Virus record (IMG/VR): IMGVR_UViG_3300034356_000342
Coordinates: 1 to 26,014 of that record
Origin: a virus
Taxonomy: Duplodnaviria > Caudoviricetes
DNA: 26,014 bases
Strand: one strand, 5' to 3'
Part shown: positions 17,501 through 26,014 of the stretch, piece by piece
Layout: each line of letters opens with the position of its first letter
How positions within the stretch are numbered: the first letter of the stretch is position 1
Program-made: the position numbers and the translations under genes
Notes under the pieces: model-generated
Seen by the model: only the letters and a program-made list of their open reading frames with translations
The model's database searches: none
What the model was told of the DNA's origin: nothing

Positions 17501-19721
17501 TACTGATGGTGTTATTAGTGGTTCTGTACAGGTTAATCATAATGCAACAACAAACTATGACGCAAATCAACACGTTGACCACACAACCGTTTCAATTTCT
17601 GCTGGTAGTGGTTTAAGTGGTGGAGGTACAATTGCTGCAACAAGAACATTAACATTAGACACAGGTTCAGTACACTTTTTAGATGGTGTTAAAAAAGAAT
17701 TAAACACCGAGGGTGTTATATCGGGTTCATCACAAGTATTATCAGGAACAGGTATTTGGTCTGGTTCGGCACAATTACCATCAGGAGTTATTTCAGGATC
17801 AGCACAAGTTATTTCTTCATTACCTTCCGGTACGGTATCAGGTTCATCACAAGTTTTATCTGGTACAGGTATATGGTCCGGATCCGCACAACTACCATCG
17901 GGGGTTATTAGTGGGTCAGCACAAGTAATATCATCATTACCATCAGGTACAATATCAGGTTCAGCACAATTAACATCAACCTTTGTACAAAAGGCTGGGG
18001 ATACCATGACTGGTCAATTAATTATAGGTTCAACAGGAACCGCAGGTGCTGCAACTTTAAAGGTAAACACTTCAAGTGCAATCACGTTTATACATTCACA
18101 AGAGAACTTCTCACCAAATATGACTGCCGGTCAAACAAACATTTTAGTTGTTGGTCAAGCTGGTAGTACTAAAAATGCGGGTTACTTAGGATACAATTGG
18201 TCTAGTTCCGCGTCAAATAGTAACTTCATAAGTCTTGGTCATTGGGGTTCTGATAATTTATTAAGAGTATATGGTGATGGTACAGTTTATATGGGTACTG
18301 TTACAACAGGTGTGTGGAATGGTACTGCGATTGGTGACACATATATTAGTTCCGCATCGAATTGGAACACAGCATATAATAAAAGAATATCCTCATTAGG
18401 GTTTACGAGCTCAACTGTTACAATCACATTAGCTGATAGCTCAACAGTCACCGCTTCAGTACCAACGTTTAATCAAAATACAAGTGGAACCGCAGCTAAC
18501 ATAACTGCGAGTTCAAATACAAGTTTAACATCGTTAGCTAACTTAGCCACGATTGGCACAATTACAACAGGTGTGTGGAATGGTACGGCAATTGCAAACG
18601 CATATTTAGTAAATTCATCTTTTAATATTGGTACAACGTCAATATCATTAGGTAGGGCGAGTGCTTCTCAAACATTGACAGGTGTTAGTGTTGATGGTTC
18701 TGCAGCAAGTGCCGGAGTTATAACAGCATCAGGAGGATTAACAACTCAATATGGCAATGGAACCGTTGGATATTCATACGCAATTACTAATCCACAAACT
18801 GGTTTATTTGCTGCGGTCGATAATTCAAATAGTATTCTTACTGTTAATAGACACCCTGACAATTATTATAGTCAATTAGGATTTAGTTCTAATGGAAATT
18901 TATATTATAGAAGTTTTTCAGCAACTGCAATTAACACATCACAGGCTTGGAAAACAATTATTGATTCAGGTAATATTGGTTCACAAACAGTATCCAATGT
19001 TTCAGGAACGGTTGCGGTTGCAAATGGTGGAACCGGCGCAACAACTGCGGCTAATGCAAGAACAAACTTAGGATTAGTGATAGGTACGGACGTACTGGCA
19101 CAAAGAACTTTTGGAACTGCGGCAAATAATAACACAGGAGATTTTGCGGCATTCAATGCAACAACATATGTTGGTACGACCGCAATTGCACTTAACAGAG
19201 CTAGTGGGGCACAAACATTAACAGGTGTCTCAATTGATGGAAACGCCGCAACTGCAACATCCGCAGACCAAATCGATGGTATCGGTATTAGAAACACAAA
19301 TACAAGTGGAGTTGCCGCAAATACATTAGATTCAAACGGATTTACATATGTAACAGATGTTGATGGTAGTAGTACCAACTTAACTGGTAACTCAACAGAT
19401 GGTGCATTGTATTCTCAAATATATAGTTCTAGTTGGCAACATCAAATATATGGAGATTATCGGACGGGTATTATGTATGTTAGAGGTAAGAACAATGGTA
19501 CATGGGCTAGTTGGAAGAGAGTTGCATTAAGTAGTGCAACAACATTCTCTAACGTGTCAAGTGTAACTTTTAACCATACTTTGGGAACGGCAAATGTAAC
19601 GGCACAAGTGTTTGATTCAAACGGAGACATGTTCTTCCCTTCCAATATAAGAATAACATCGACACAAGTGATATTAACTTTTGCGTCAAATAGAAGTGGA
19701 AGACTTGTAGTTACAGGATAA
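14595..19721 (+). CDS. Large Ser/Thr/Gly-rich tail-fibre-like virion protein (1708 aa)
   Basis: Repeated (I/V)(S/T)GS strands, coiled-coil Ser-rich repeats, FVQKAGDTMTGQL, VAVANGGTGATTAANARTNLGL and a C-terminal knob-like segment QIYGDYRTGIMYVRGKNNGTWASWK, all typical of phage fibre proteins. Confidence 0.8.
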   Translation: MNIFDAHISGSLSVSSSAEISGDLNVLGTLSGSFKGDGSEITNIPASGVTGLNLTQIADGSATASISSVNGLRINTDTEITGALKLNEVELGSNNIVDMTLTDGGGKYYINGVKAPRLSFIKGFKYRFYYNNNETHPLLFSLTSDGEHNGGTRYTTGITTNSDPFYVEVDVTDATATTFYYWCDHHIGMGNAISKYSDFMHGQSNIGLINVDTTTFATTGSNNFTNIQRTSGSLVVTGSVDISGSHNVTGSVNITGSITLNGQAIGTGKLDETTFQAYTSSNDGRLFAIENSTSSYNTFTSSIDTRIKNEINEENVISGSIQVLITGTTGYSTFSSSVSSSIGELSSSISATTSGLSSSIGSLSSSVEGVTSGLSSSITSLSSSVATTTSGLSSSIGSLSSSLSSTNDTQNGRLGSIESATSSLNTFTSSIDTTIKNKINTDSVISGSIQVSITGTTGYSTFSSSISTSLSASVASLSSSISTSIDSLSSSIATTTSGLSSSIGSVSSSLSTTNDTQNGRLTSIETSTGSLNSFTSSIDTTIKNKLNTESVISGSVQVLITGTTGYSTFSSSVSTSISELSSSVGTAINGLSSSVATTTNGLSSSIATTTSGLTLSISSLSSSVATTTSGLSSSIGSLSSSIATTNLGQNNRLDSIEGKTGSYATTGSNTYQGNQTITGSLYISENLIVAGSSSIQHISSSVVNIADNIITVNAQNPALRFGGLSVIDSGSSPQVSGSLLFDATENEWIFVHQNQTSVTSALLIMGPETFDDLGNEIHLTNNRLVKSTIDEHVGDSNITDTGTKVSINSNTEVTGTLKVTGNITSPNITAIETSTSSLNTFTSSLLTAVELTGSNLTVRGNLLVKGTTTNVNTSTLDVDNNLINLNGAGASNAGLRVKDITGVSQISGSLLWDATNDYWIAGQLGSEQRLVRETEFNTQVTRIGNLETSSGSLNSFTSSINTTIKSKLNTDGVISGSVQVNHNATTNYDANQHVDHTTVSISAGSGLSGGGTIAATRTLTLDTGSVHFLDGVKKELNTEGVISGSSQVLSGTGIWSGSAQLPSGVISGSAQVISSLPSGTVSGSSQVLSGTGIWSGSAQLPSGVISGSAQVISSLPSGTISGSAQLTSTFVQKAGDTMTGQLIIGSTGTAGAATLKVNTSSAITFIHSQENFSPNMTAGQTNILVVGQAGSTKNAGYLGYNWSSSASNSNFISLGHWGSDNLLRVYGDGTVYMGTVTTGVWNGTAIGDTYISSASNWNTAYNKRISSLGFTSSTVTITLADSSTVTASVPTFNQNTSGTAANITASSNTSLTSLANLATIGTITTGVWNGTAIANAYLVNSSFNIGTTSISLGRASASQTLTGVSVDGSAASAGVITASGGLTTQYGNGTVGYSYAITNPQTGLFAAVDNSNSILTVNRHPDNYYSQLGFSSNGNLYYRSFSATAINTSQAWKTIIDSGNIGSQTVSNVSGTVAVANGGTGATTAANARTNLGLVIGTDVLAQRTFGTAANNNTGDFAAFNATTYVGTTAIALNRASGAQTLTGVSIDGNAATATSADQIDGIGIRNTNTSGVAANTLDSNGFTYVTDVDGSSTNLTGNSTDGALYSQIYSSSWQHQIYGDYRTGIMYVRGKNNGTWASWKRVALSSATTFSNVSSVTFNHTLGTANVTAQVFDSNGDMFFPSNIRITSTQVILTFASNRSGRLVVTG
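15438..16560 (+). repeat. Coding repeats: three large units (128, 107, 132 aa) containing 7/11/18-residue Ser-rich coiled-coil repeats
   Basis: GRL..IE..T.S.N.FTSSIDT.IKN..N...VISGS.QV.ITGTTGYSTFSSS recurs at 15444, 15828 and 16149, with partial copies near 16545 and 17411. Units are separated by SSS(I/V)ATTTSGL / SSSIGSL repeats. Confidence 0.9.
17721..17972 (+). repeat. Tandem 117-bp (39-aa) coding repeat, two copies plus a partial
   Basis: SGSSQVLSGTGIWSGSAQLPSGVISGSAQVISSLPSGT(V/I) at 17721 and 17838. Confidence 0.92.
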
Positions 19722-19740
19722 AATCCGTATATTATACAAT

Positions 19741-20880
19741 ATGTTAAGAGAAAACGTAGAAGTTAGTGGTTCATTAAATGTAAGTGGACAATATATCATA
19801 CCTAAAGGACCAAGGGCTAACAGACCGACTAGTCCTGATATTGGTTCATTATATCTAGAGGAATCAACTAGTGGTAGTTTTGTTGTAACATACACGGCAT
19901 CCTCAAACTATGATGGTGGGTGGGAACCAGTTGGTTCACAAAATACCGATAGAACAGGATTCAAATATAGACAGGTTGTAAATTTTTCATATTTAGCTGG
20001 AGGTTATAAGGACGCCTCACCTTGGAAAAATGTTCATAGAACAACAAATTCAACGGATCAGACGGTTCACTTAGGTGAACTATTAGATTATCCGGCATCA
20101 TATACGTCCGGTGCTTGTAGTAAAAGTATTTTATTTCTTTGGTCAACAAACACAGACGGTACATTTAAAGGAGATAGTACTATTCACTCAACGTGGACTA
20201 GTGGTGTACATATGGTTAATGAAACAGCTTATGCTCACCAATCAAAATGGGATTTAGCGAATGCAAGAGATGACTGCGGTACTTTACATCAAGAAACAGA
20301 ATTTGCATGGATATTTGGTGCGGGTGTGGCTGCAGTTGAAAAATTTAATCTAACAAACGAAACAATGTATAGTGTATACTATCAGGCTGGTGAACCATAC
20401 ATTACTACAACATCATCAATTACTGGTAGTGGACCATCAGGTGCTTCGGGATTTTCTGACGAAAACTACGGATATGGTTGGACACAACAAAGCGGAACTA
20501 AGTTATTTTTTGCAAATGATACATTTACAAACAATCAACAATGGGGTGCTAGTGGACAACAAAAAGGAATTAGCTCAAAAGTTGGAAAAGGGTATGCCGG
20601 AAACGAAGGTACATACAATGGTGGTTATAACTTAAGAAGGTGGAATGTTTTTACTGAAACAAATATCGGTAACGTATCGAAGCCTCATCCTAACTGCGGT
20701 GAAGAAAATTTCACAATGGGACAAGACCATCAGTATATGTTGGGATGTTACGACGGACTTCAAGTAAACACCAGTTGGAAATTTGTTTATACGACAGACA
20801 CAGGAACAGTTAATCCTAGTGGATTGGCTCCCGGTGTAAATGGAGGAACATCATCGGGACATTGTGGTTGGAGAACATAA
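19741..20880 (+). CDS. Putative virion protein, Kelch-like beta-propeller paralog 1
   Basis: N-terminal ENVEVSGSL and PKGPRANRP.SP..GSLYLEE; YLAGGYKD and blade-like repeats; ends SSGHCGWRT. Confidence 0.6.
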   Translation: MLRENVEVSGSLNVSGQYIIPKGPRANRPTSPDIGSLYLEESTSGSFVVTYTASSNYDGGWEPVGSQNTDRTGFKYRQVVNFSYLAGGYKDASPWKNVHRTTNSTDQTVHLGELLDYPASYTSGACSKSILFLWSTNTDGTFKGDSTIHSTWTSGVHMVNETAYAHQSKWDLANARDDCGTLHQETEFAWIFGAGVAAVEKFNLTNETMYSVYYQAGEPYITTTSSITGSGPSGASGFSDENYGYGWTQQSGTKLFFANDTFTNNQQWGASGQQKGISSKVGKGYAGNEGTYNGGYNLRRWNVFTETNIGNVSKPHPNCGEENFTMGQDHQYMLGCYDGLQVNTSWKFVYTTDTGTVNPSGLAPGVNGGTSSGHCGWRT

Positions 20881-20885
20881 AATTT

Positions 20886-20893
20886 GTATTTAT
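20886..20893 (+). promoter_or_regulatory. GTATTTAT motif
   Basis: Third copy of the 8-mer, only 5 nt before ATG 20899. Confidence 0.3.
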
Positions 20894-20898
20894 AAGAT

Positions 20899-22005
20899 AT
20901 GCTACACGAAAATATAGAAATAAGCGGTTCGTTAAGAGGACAAGGGGTAACCAAACCACCAACAGGAACACGGGCCAATAGACCAAGTAGTCCACAAACC
21001 GGTTCATTATACTTAGAACAGGCGGTTAGTGGTAGTTTCTTAATGGTTTATGCTGGAATTAGTAATAATGATAGTGGTTGGGTTAGAGTGTCATCACAAG
21101 TAAATGCTAATGTTGGATTTAAATTCAGACAAATAATTAGTGTTTCTTATCTTGCTGGTGGATACAAAGATTCATCTCCTTGGAAAAATGTTCACAAAAC
21201 AATTAATTCTACCGATCAAACAACACACATTGGAGAATTATTAGATTTTCCCGCAACATATACATCAGGTGCTTGTAGTAAATATATCTTTTTTGTTTGG
21301 TCTGTTAATACAGATGGTGCATTTAAAGGACCAACTGATGTTCATAGTATTAGAACATCAGCTATTAATATGGCGAATGATACAAAATATGCACATAATG
21401 TTAAATTTAATATAACAAATGCAAGAAGTGACGTGGGAACTATGCACAAAGAAACAGAATATGCGTATATGTTTGCTGCGGGTAGTACCACGGTTGAAAA
21501 ATTTGACCTAAGTACTGAAACAATTGCAACTGGTTTTAACTTAACAACAATTGATGGTAGTGACGGGGCTTCGGCTTTTTCCGATGAAAATTTTGGTTAT
21601 GGTTGGACATCTGCATCGGGCGTTAAAATGAGTTTTGCCACAGAAACCTTCCAATCGTCCACCCAATGGGGTGCACACTCACAACAAAAAGGTATCAGCT
21701 CAAAAGTTGGAAAAGGGTATGCCGGAAACGAAGGTTCATACAATGGTGGTTATAACCTTAGACGATGGAGCAACGCTAACGACACCAACATAGGTAACGT
21801 TGCAAAACCTCACCCTAACTGTGGAGAAGAAAACTTTACATTAGGTCAAGACCATCAATATATGTTAGGAAATTATGATGGAGCACAAAATAATACAAGT
21901 TGGAAATTCTTCTATTCGACAGATACGGGAACGACCAGTGTGAGTGGATTAAACCCTGGAGTAAACGCCGGAACATCATCGGGTCATTGTGGATGGAGAG
22001 CATAA
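20899..22005 (+). CDS. Putative virion protein, Kelch-like beta-propeller paralog 2
   Basis: Collinear with paralogs 1 and 3: YLAGGYKDSSPWKNVH, SGACSK, QQKGISSKVGKGYAGNEG, PHPNCGEENF, SSGHCGWRA. Confidence 0.6.
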   Translation: MLHENIEISGSLRGQGVTKPPTGTRANRPSSPQTGSLYLEQAVSGSFLMVYAGISNNDSGWVRVSSQVNANVGFKFRQIISVSYLAGGYKDSSPWKNVHKTINSTDQTTHIGELLDFPATYTSGACSKYIFFVWSVNTDGAFKGPTDVHSIRTSAINMANDTKYAHNVKFNITNARSDVGTMHKETEYAYMFAAGSTTVEKFDLSTETIATGFNLTTIDGSDGASAFSDENFGYGWTSASGVKMSFATETFQSSTQWGAHSQQKGISSKVGKGYAGNEGSYNGGYNLRRWSNANDTNIGNVAKPHPNCGEENFTLGQDHQYMLGNYDGAQNNTSWKFFYSTDTGTTSVSGLNPGVNAGTSSGHCGWRA

Positions 22006-22018
22006 AAAGAATTAAATT

Positions 22019-23128
22019 ATGATATACGAGAATTTAGAAGTTAGTGGTAGTTTAACGTCAGATAGGGTAGTTAATAGACCACCTAAAGGAACTAGAACAA
22101 ATAGACCAGGCTCACCATTATCGGGATCTTTGTACTTAGAAGAATCCAACAGTGGTAGTTTTTTAATGTTATATACGGGAGTATCAAATATAGATAACGG
22201 GTGGGAAAGAATTGCGGCACAAGAAACAATTCCAATTGCATTTAGATATAGACAAGTTTTATCATATTCATATTTGGCGGGAGGATATAAGGATTCGTCA
22301 CCATGGAGAAACGTTCATAAAACAACTAACTCAACAAATCAAACAACACATGTGGGGGAATTATTAGATTACCCCGTATCTTATACCTCAGGAGCCTGTA
22401 ATAAAACAATATTATTTATTTGGTCAGTAAATGATGATGGTGCGTGGAAAGGTCCTGATAGTATCCACGGAACTAGAACGTCCGCAATTAATATGTTCAA
22501 CGACACAAACTATGCACATCAAACCAAATTTAATACGGGTATTGCAAGAAGTGACGTTGCAACCATGCAAAAAGAAACTGAATTTGCTTATTTAATTTCA
22601 GGAGGGTCAACAACAATTGAAAAATTTAATTTATCTAATGAAAGTTATGTAAGTGGATTCGGTGTAACCTCAATTAATGGTAATGATGGTGGGGCTGCAT
22701 TTTTTGATGAAAGTTTTGGATATGCTTGGACAAATAGTGGAGGAATTAAATTTAATTTTTCTAATGAAACACCAAGTTCTTCAACACAATGGGGTGCACA
22801 CTCACAACAAAAAGGTATTTCATCTAAAGTTGGAAAAGGATATGCTGGAAATGAGGGATCATACAATGGTGGCTATAACCTAAGAAGATGGAGTAATTCA
22901 ACAGATACAAATATTGGTAATGTTGCTAAGCCACACCCAAATTGCGGTGAAGAAAACTTCGCAATGGGTCAAGATTGGCAATATATGTTAGGAAATTACG
23001 ATGGAACGGGACAAAACAATACGTCTTGGATAATGTTTTATGCAACCGACACAGGTTCAAATGCTATTACGGGATTGGCACCTAGAGTTAATGCTGGAAC
23101 ATCGTCTGGCCATTGTGGTTGGAGATAG
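22019..23128 (+). CDS. Putative virion protein, Kelch-like beta-propeller paralog 3
   Basis: Same motifs as paralogs 1 and 2; ends SSGHCGWR. Confidence 0.6.
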   Translation: MIYENLEVSGSLTSDRVVNRPPKGTRTNRPGSPLSGSLYLEESNSGSFLMLYTGVSNIDNGWERIAAQETIPIAFRYRQVLSYSYLAGGYKDSSPWRNVHKTTNSTNQTTHVGELLDYPVSYTSGACNKTILFIWSVNDDGAWKGPDSIHGTRTSAINMFNDTNYAHQTKFNTGIARSDVATMQKETEFAYLISGGSTTIEKFNLSNESYVSGFGVTSINGNDGGAAFFDESFGYAWTNSGGIKFNFSNETPSSSTQWGAHSQQKGISSKVGKGYAGNEGSYNGGYNLRRWSNSTDTNIGNVAKPHPNCGEENFAMGQDWQYMLGNYDGTGQNNTSWIMFYATDTGSNAITGLAPRVNAGTSSGHCGWR

Positions 23129-23129
23129 G

Positions 23130-23158
23130 TTGACATTTTAAAAAATTTTCACTATATT
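23130..23158 (+). promoter_or_regulatory. Sigma70-like promoter TTGACA-N17-TATATT
   Basis: Consensus TTGACA at 23130-23135, 17-nt spacer, TATATT at 23153-23158, intergenic. Confidence 0.75.
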
Positions 23159-23174
23159 AATATAAAAAACAATT

Positions 23175-23939
23175 ATGGAACAAGGTTACAAATACGATAG
23201 GTCTAATTTCATCAACAATCCATTTGATGAAAAACTAATGCAAATATCTGAAAGTATGTCTTTCGCATTACCAAAGTACAAGGCATATAATTTTGTTGGT
23301 GGCGCACAAATAACACCATATGCAAGATTAAAACAATGGCTTTTGGAATTAAGGGGTAGAGAAGATGCTGTCGAACATTTAGAATATACAGTAAGAAAGG
23401 CTGAGCTAGAAATTCAAATGGACGAGGAAAGTAAAGAATTTATCACCGACCCTAAGAGAAAAGAAATGGTTGATTTAACTGTTGCCGACAAACATGTTGA
23501 CTTAAGAAAGTTCAAAAGGAATCTTAAAGATGCATATAGAGAAAGACAAGGGTTTATTGATTTAATTAAGGAATATTTAGAAACGGATGATGCCATCTTA
23601 CCCGATGGTACTAAATTAATTGACGTTTTTGGTAATCCAGAATTAGAAGAAAAATATGAACACGAATATTGGACTGTTCGTATGGCTAAACAAGCGATGT
23701 TGGATATGATTTCATATGGTAGAATCGGTACAGGTAACTTAGATTCAATTCTTATGATGGATCCGGAACAACAAAAACAAGTTTTAACATTGGCTTCAGC
23801 ATATACAATTTCAATTGATAAAAATATAAATCAATTAATGGCGGAAGCCACAACAAATAATTTCTCAATTGAAGACTCATTAAAGAACCAATTGAAATTA
23901 ACACAACCAAATAAAACAGAAACAGAAAAATTATTATAA
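23175..23939 (+). CDS. Hypothetical helical/coiled-coil protein
   Basis: Long ORF with charged heptad-like central region; no family recognised; ends TEKLL. Confidence 0.7.
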   Translation: MEQGYKYDRSNFINNPFDEKLMQISESMSFALPKYKAYNFVGGAQITPYARLKQWLLELRGREDAVEHLEYTVRKAELEIQMDEESKEFITDPKRKEMVDLTVADKHVDLRKFKRNLKDAYRERQGFIDLIKEYLETDDAILPDGTKLIDVFGNPELEEKYEHEYWTVRMAKQAMLDMISYGRIGTGNLDSILMMDPEQQKQVLTLASAYTISIDKNINQLMAEATTNNFSIEDSLKNQLKLTQPNKTETEKLL

Positions 23940-24679
23940 TGACACACATACTTTTTAAAGTTCAGGGAGATGTTCCGGGTTATATACAAGTAGTTGGAAT
24001 GTATTTAAATTACAATTATGGTAGAATAGCTGACGAGTATAATGACATGAGAGTTGAATTAAATAAACTCGGTGCAATCGTTATACCAGAAGAGGTTGCC
24101 AAAGGGTTTGTTTTCGCGGATATATACAAAGATTATATTAGCGTTAGAACAAATTCACATATTATGGATGAGATTCCTCAGTTAGCTGAATCTGGTGAAA
24201 CAGAAGCGGAAAAAGTAAAACATTTTCTTACTGACGAAGACAAAGCGGCGGGAGTTGCATTTAATAAAGTGGCAATGAAAAAAGTTGTCGCGGATAGATT
24301 TTCTGAAAGATATAAAGAATTAATGGTTGATGCGTCTATCTTAGAGAAAGATACATGGGAAGAACAAAAAAGAGAAGCATTTGGTTGGACTGCAGATGAA
24401 GATTACCAAACACCTATCATTGATATTTTATGTGCTGGTAGAAACATTGACAAATCAGTATTCGTACAAAAAATTATTAATAATGTTACCACATACAATA
24501 CAAAATTAGCAAACTTACTATTAGAACAACAACTATTAGAAGAAAGAATTAAGGCGTGTGTAAACATTGCTGATTGTCATAGACTTAAGCACGAAAAATT
24601 TGGAATTGCGTTAAGTAAACAACAAAGAGAAGATGAGAATATCGAAACAACACCTCTCACATTGAGAATGGACTTTTAA
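23939..24679 (+). CDS. Tail-fibre assembly chaperone-like protein
   Basis: EKDTWEEQKREAFGW.AD....TPIIDILCAGRNIDK..FVQKII resembles the E..TW..Q..EA..W......TP.L..LA..RG.....L..KV pattern of phage fibre-associated proteins; TAATG overlap. Confidence 0.55.
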   Translation: MTHILFKVQGDVPGYIQVVGMYLNYNYGRIADEYNDMRVELNKLGAIVIPEEVAKGFVFADIYKDYISVRTNSHIMDEIPQLAESGETEAEKVKHFLTDEDKAAGVAFNKVAMKKVVADRFSERYKELMVDASILEKDTWEEQKREAFGWTADEDYQTPIIDILCAGRNIDKSVFVQKIINNVTTYNTKLANLLLEQQLLEERIKACVNIADCHRLKHEKFGIALSKQQREDENIETTPLTLRMDF

Positions 24680-24689
24680 ATAGTTTTTA

Positions 24690-25691
24690 ATGAATTTAGC
24701 AATTAACGGAACGTGTGCTAAAGGTTGTTCATTTTGTTTCACAAAAGAAGATGCAAGATTAAAACACACGTTAGGAGAAATGGATATAGAAATGGTCGAT
24801 AAAATTATCGACCATTATCGTCTAAGTAACTCTAATGAAGAGATTACTATACTTGGAGGAGAACCAACACAACATTCAAATTTTATTGGGATATTAGATC
24901 ACATATTTTCTAAGGGATTTAAAGTAAATCTCGTTAGTAATTTTCTATTTAGTAAAACTACTAGAGAGTACATAATAGAGAATATCAAAAACATTAGATG
25001 GGTCTTTCCAAATGCCGCAGAACTTAATGAAAAAAATAGAATGGTTCTATTCAAAAAGAACTATATAGAAATTTATAAGGCATATGCGAACACTTGGGGT
25101 TTTGAAAATCACCCAAGATTGTATTTGGCAATAACAATGTCGAGTGATTGGAAGAGTAGAAATTTCTATGAATATGTTAAGTGGTTATATCACGAATTAG
25201 ATGGTAAAATAAATGCCATTAGACTAGGTTTAGACTTAACCGGCACCTATCTTATTAATAATAAAGAGATGGGTGAAGAGATGACCAAAATACTTAAATT
25301 TGGTTTTTATAATCAAATAAAGATTACATCCGATTGTCAAGTACCTCCATGTCTTTGGGAGGGTAAAACAAAAAAAGCAGTATTAGAAAACTCATTAAAT
25401 TTTGCAACATTTAAAATCCCCGAGTATGAAACCATATGTGGGTTTATGCCGTTAGATATCTTTCCCGATGGAAGTTCGATTCATTGTTATCCATTGGAAG
25501 ATAAAGTAAAAATAGATAATGTTTTGGAAATATCAGGAAAAAATGGTATATTAGGGTTAAGAGAGGAATTCGATAAACTTTATATTAATAATCATAAAAA
25601 TTATTCAATCCCACAAGATTGTTTAGATTGTGTTTTTTACAAGACAGAATGTAATGGAATATGTGGAGGTTGTATGGAAGGTAGCAAATGA
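24690..25691 (+). CDS. Radical SAM protein with C-terminal SPASM-like domain
   Basis: CAKGCSFC, ILGGEPT, DCQVPPC, ICG..PLDIFPDG...HCYP, CLDC.....CNGICGGC. Confidence 0.92.
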   Translation: MNLAINGTCAKGCSFCFTKEDARLKHTLGEMDIEMVDKIIDHYRLSNSNEEITILGGEPTQHSNFIGILDHIFSKGFKVNLVSNFLFSKTTREYIIENIKNIRWVFPNAAELNEKNRMVLFKKNYIEIYKAYANTWGFENHPRLYLAITMSSDWKSRNFYEYVKWLYHELDGKINAIRLGLDLTGTYLINNKEMGEEMTKILKFGFYNQIKITSDCQVPPCLWEGKTKKAVLENSLNFATFKIPEYETICGFMPLDIFPDGSSIHCYPLEDKVKIDNVLEISGKNGILGLREEFDKLYINNHKNYSIPQDCLDCVFYKTECNGICGGCMEGSK

Positions 25692-26014
25692 CAAAGAAAA
25701 TATTTTCAATACCATTTAATCCGATGTTAACGGAGGATATGTTCGTAAATAAATTTTATCCATTCTTAGAAAGAAACAAAGATTGGATTTATGACATTTA
25801 TTTCACGTGTAGAATACCTCCATTTACACAGGATGCAATGGGCGCTATATTCAGAGAGGAAGATAGAGATATCGTATTTGAAAACGCGATGATTATACAA
25901 AAGGCTTTGGGTATTAAAATAAGTGCAACATTTAATAACATTAACGTTTCACCCAAGTATGAAAATTATAAATTATTTGTTGATAATTTAAAACCATTAT
26001 ATGAAAAGGGATTA
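25688..26014 (+). CDS. U32 peptidase-family-like protein, 3'-truncated
   Basis: ATGA overlap with the radical SAM stop; frame open to the window end: MTKKIFSIPFNPML...IYDIYFTCRIPPFTQDAMG...LGIKISATFNN. It resembles the first barrel strands of U32-like proteins, but only about 109 aa are visible. Confidence 0.5.
   Translation, partial: MTKKIFSIPFNPMLTEDMFVNKFYPFLERNKDWIYDIYFTCRIPPFTQDAMGAIFREEDRDIVFENAMIIQKALGIKISATFNNINVSPKYENYKLFVDNLKPLYEKGL

Noticed and set aside
15438-17972. CRISPR array or non-coding tandem repeat
   Set aside because: The repeats are in-frame, degenerate at third codon positions and have no unique spacers; they are protein repeats.
20572-21756. Diversity-generating retroelement template/variable repeat pair
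   Set aside because: Only 60 nt with one mismatch, both copies are mid-gene coding sequence in paralogs, and no reverse transcriptase is present in the window.
119-23949. Minus-strand and nested out-of-frame ORFs in the ORF track (e.g. 2660-3022, 15557-16519, 17567-18007, 18905-19378, 17713-17928)
   Set aside because: All overlap well-supported + strand genes and carry no recognisable motifs. Those in the fibre gene mirror its repetitive codons.
1-26014. Stop-codon reassignment as seen in some large phages
   Set aside because: Genes are intact in the standard code, and TAA, TAG and TGA all end genes at positions that abut the next start.
1-26014. tRNA, rRNA, structured ncRNA or intrinsic terminators
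   Set aside because: Intergenic gaps are under about 60 nt and AT-rich; I saw no cloverleaf and no GC-rich hairpin followed by a U-tract.

Overview
AT-rich, gene-dense window with every credible gene on the + strand, many overlapping start/stop codons and no Shine-Dalgarno motifs. It most resembles a large (jumbo-type) tailed phage genome; this is inferred from the tail-fibre-like genes, and no capsid or terminase gene is present. Left part (1-14535): five tandem radical SAM enzymes, a carbamoyltransferase, an APS kinase, an HxGH nucleotidyltransferase and a DUF2061 protein. These are followed by a 499-aa fusion (permuted ATP-grasp-like domain, Hint domain ending in His-Asn, 39-aa tail with 8 Cys), an unannotated 29-aa ORF, and seven genes (2OG-Fe(II) oxygenases, SGNH-like, sulfotransferase-like, Cys-rich) that all end in the same K-rich, double-hydrophobic C-terminal motif. 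Right part (14595-26014): a 1708-aa Ser/Thr-rich fibre protein, three beta-propeller-like paralogs, a tail-fibre-chaperone-like protein, a SPASM radical SAM enzyme and a partial U32-like protein. The best candidate for a new system is the ligase-Hint-Cys-peptide fusion surrounded by tailoring enzymes that share a C-terminal tag, possibly a phage peptide-maturation or virion-decoration pathway. All family calls are from motif recognition by eye; no searches were run.
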